Assembly: GCA_038087875.1 (NCBI GenBank)
Contig: CM075991.1
Span: 2,170,001-2,234,000, forward strand
Source: Malacoraja senta
Taxonomy: Eukaryota
Reading direction: 5' to 3'
Length of the DNA stretch: 64,000 nt
Under the pieces are notes generated by a model. It did no database searches. It had not been told where the DNA came from and saw nothing but the letters and a program-made list of their open reading frames with translations. This document shows, in pieces, positions 61,396 through 64,000 of this stretch. Position 1 is the stretch's first letter. Each line of letters opens with the position of its first letter. The position numbers were made by a program, and so were the translations under genes.

Positions 61396-62036
61396 CCAAC
61401 ACCAGGTGTTGAAGTGGTTGTAATAATGCAAGCTATTCCTTGTTGCAGAGTGTAGGAAATCATAAAGATTATTGCTCATTGATTCTCCGATGCCTGAGGA
61501 TCCTCAACATGTATCGTTGCGTAGGAGCGATTCCTCTACGGACAGAGAGGATGTACTGATGGGAGTTAGATGCTGCAATCTTGAGATGCAGAGAGCACAA
61601 TGAGAGATATCTGACTCTACAACCTCCAGCACTTTTCAACTTCTTACTTTCAGAAGAGGATGAAAAGCAATGAAATAAAATTCTCAGCTGTCACTTAGAA
61701 CATAGAACATTACAGAAGATAGACACAAAAAGCTGGAGTAACTCAGCAGGACAGGAAGCATCTCTGGAGCTGGATCTCATTCCTCATCTCATTCCAGCAT
61801 CCCATTCCTTCTCTCCAGAGATGCTCCCTGTCCCGCTGAGTTACTCGAGCTTTTTGTGTCTACCTTTGGTTTAAACCAGCATCTGCAGATCCTTCCGACA
61901 ATTACATAGAACAGTACGCACAGGAACTGCCCCAAAATGTTTGCACCGAACATAATGTCAAGATAAACTAATCTTGTCTGCATATCTACTCCTATGGATC
62001 ACAGGAAGAGCCTAAGTATAACCCCTGACACCCTTA

Positions 62037-62479
62037 TGGCCCTGTCACACTTGGCGATTTTTAGGCGACTGTCATAGTCGTAGCAGGTCGCTGAAAAACC
62101 AGCGACTGGACTAATGGGCCTGCCCCACTTAGGCGGTTTATAGGCCACTGCCGGCGAATACGGCAATGGAATTCACTGAAGTCAGCACCGGTGACAACCT
62201 ACGTCACCTGGCAACAACCTACATCACCCGGCAACAACCTACGTTAACCTGGCGACAACCTACGACAGCACCTACGTCAAGCTATGCTCATTGGCGTCAA
62301 AACCACAGTCGCCACTGTCACCGAAAATTTTTCAACATGTTGAAAATCCAGCGGAGACCAAAAAGACGTGGGTGACTGAGGAAACTACCTACGACCAGAC
62401 AAGCGACACCCCGGCGACTAACGGCGACCATGTGGCGACAGCCTAGTCGCCTGTAGTCGCCTAAAGTGGGACAGGCCCA
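62037..62479. mobile_element. PIF/Harbinger-like MITE with TTA TSD and a second internal left TIR
   Basis: tta|tggccctgtcacactt...aagtgggacaggccca|tta inside a CR1 tail. Inner taa|tgggcctgccccacttaggcg at 62115. Central ttttcaacatgttgaaaa palindrome. Confidence 0.75.
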
Positions 62480-62494
62480 TTACTAATCAAGAAT

Positions 62495-62925
62495 AAGGTC
62501 ATAAGTGATAGGAGTAGAATCAGACAATTCGGCCCATCAAGTCTAATCTGCCATTCAATCATGGCTGATATCTCTCTCCCTCCTAACCCCATTCTCTTGC
62601 CTTCTCCCATTAACCACTGACATCCGAACTAATCAAAAATTCCACAGGTTCACCACCGAAAGGCAAAGAATTCCACAGATTCACCACCCTCTGACGAAAG
62701 ATATTTCTCCTCATCTTCCTAATAGAACGTTCTTTAATTCTGAGGCTATGACCTCTGGTCCTAGACTCTCCCACTAGCGGAAACATCCTCTCCACATCCA
62801 CTCTATTCAAGTCTTTCACTATTCGGTAAGTTTCAATGAGGTCCCCCCTCATTCTTCTAAACTCCAGCGAGTACAGACCCAGTGCCGACAAACGCTGATC
62901 AAAGGTTAACCTACTTATTCCTGGG
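62495..62925 (-). mobile_element. CR1 3' fragment
   Basis: ORF 62610-62891 LGLYSLEFRRMRGDLIETY. Confidence 0.85.
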
Positions 62926-63327
62926 ATCCATCAATCTCCCCCACCACCTTTCTGTATCGAGCTACTGGTAAATTACATCAGGCTCTTTAGATATGCAATG
63001 TAGAACAGGCCATTTGGTCCACTGCAGTCATGCTGACCATCGATCACCCATTCACACTAGTTCCATGTTGTCCCACTTTCCCATCCACTGGGGGCAATTT
63101 ACAGAGGGCCAATTAGCCCACAAACCTGCACATTTGGGATGTGGGCGGAAGCAGGAACATCCAGAAGAAACCCACGCGGTCACAGGCAGCCGAGATCAGG
63201 ATCGATCCTGGGCCTCTGACGCTGTGGGCCAGCATCTCTACCAGCCGCACCACTGTGCATAAGTATCCCTTTGGGGTGAGAACCGCAAGCAGCCAAGCGG
63301 AATGGCCCTCAGATTCACATCAAGCCT

Positions 63328-63765
63328 TTGACGGCACTGGGCCTGTACTCGCTGGAGTTTGGAAGAATGAGGGGGGACCTCATTGAAACTTACCGAATAG
63401 TGAAAGGCTTGGATAAAGTGGATGTGGAGAGGATGTTTCCACTTGTGGGAGAGTCTAGGACCAGAGGTCATAGTCTCAGAATTAAAGGACATTCCTTTAG
63501 GAAGGAGATGAGGAGGAATTTCTTTAGCCAGAGGGTGGTGAATCTGTGGAATTATTTGCCGCAGAAGACTGTGGAGGCCAAGTCAAGGGGTATTTTTAAG
63601 GCAGAGATAGATAGATTCTTGATTAGTACGGGTGTCAGGGGTTATGGGGAGAACGCAGGAGAATGGGGTTAGGAGGGAGAGACAGATCAGCCATGATTGA
63701 ATGGCAGAGTGGATTTGATGGGCCGAATGGCCTAATTTTTCTCCTATGACATGACCTTATGACCT
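63328..63765 (+). mobile_element. CR1 3' fragment
   Basis: ORF 63328-63672 plus a (TATGACCT) tail. Confidence 0.88.
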
Positions 63766-64000
63766 TCACAGCAGGGTCAATGATCAGAGGAGAGAATCTT
63801 CGTATATTGCTGCAGTCGGTTCAGTTACAGTCATTAAGGGGTGACTGTAGTATTAAGGCTGCTGCTTCATGAACCACAGGGGCCAAATGATTGACTCCTC
63901 TCTGGTATGTGGCTTGCCAGATCATTCAATAAACAGACGTGCCGTTTCTCATTCGCTAGAGTCTGTTCAGTTCCTGGTCCACACATCCACACAGAGAATC

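Overview
A repeat-dense vertebrate genomic window, most likely from a cartilaginous fish (skate or ray). That assignment is inferred from the HE1-type V-SINEs, CR1 3' tails and Penelope-derived repeats. The only clear host gene is an intronless alpha-2B adrenergic receptor (adra2b, 48999-50258, +). It sits in a CpG-rich region, has upstream uORFs, and its 3' region is a G-rich (TGAGGG)-type repeat followed by AATAAA. Nearly everything else is nested, mostly decayed transposable elements: CR1, Rex/Babar, Tx1, two L1s (one full-length with a 17-bp TSD), an RTEX-like LINE inside a (TC)n tract, a DIRS element, a Gmr1-like Gypsy relic with SCAN-like gag, an ERV relic (LTR, tRNA-Leu PBS, gag matrix), two Tc1 elements, Harbinger-like and other MITEs, and a Helitron-like tandem. 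The most intriguing signal is a set of about 10 palindromic Penelope-derived mini-elements carrying a minimal hammerhead-ribozyme-like core (CUGAAGA-stem-GAAACGUC). There are two 200-N assembly gaps. Boundaries were read by eye and are approximate unless a TSD or TIR is quoted.
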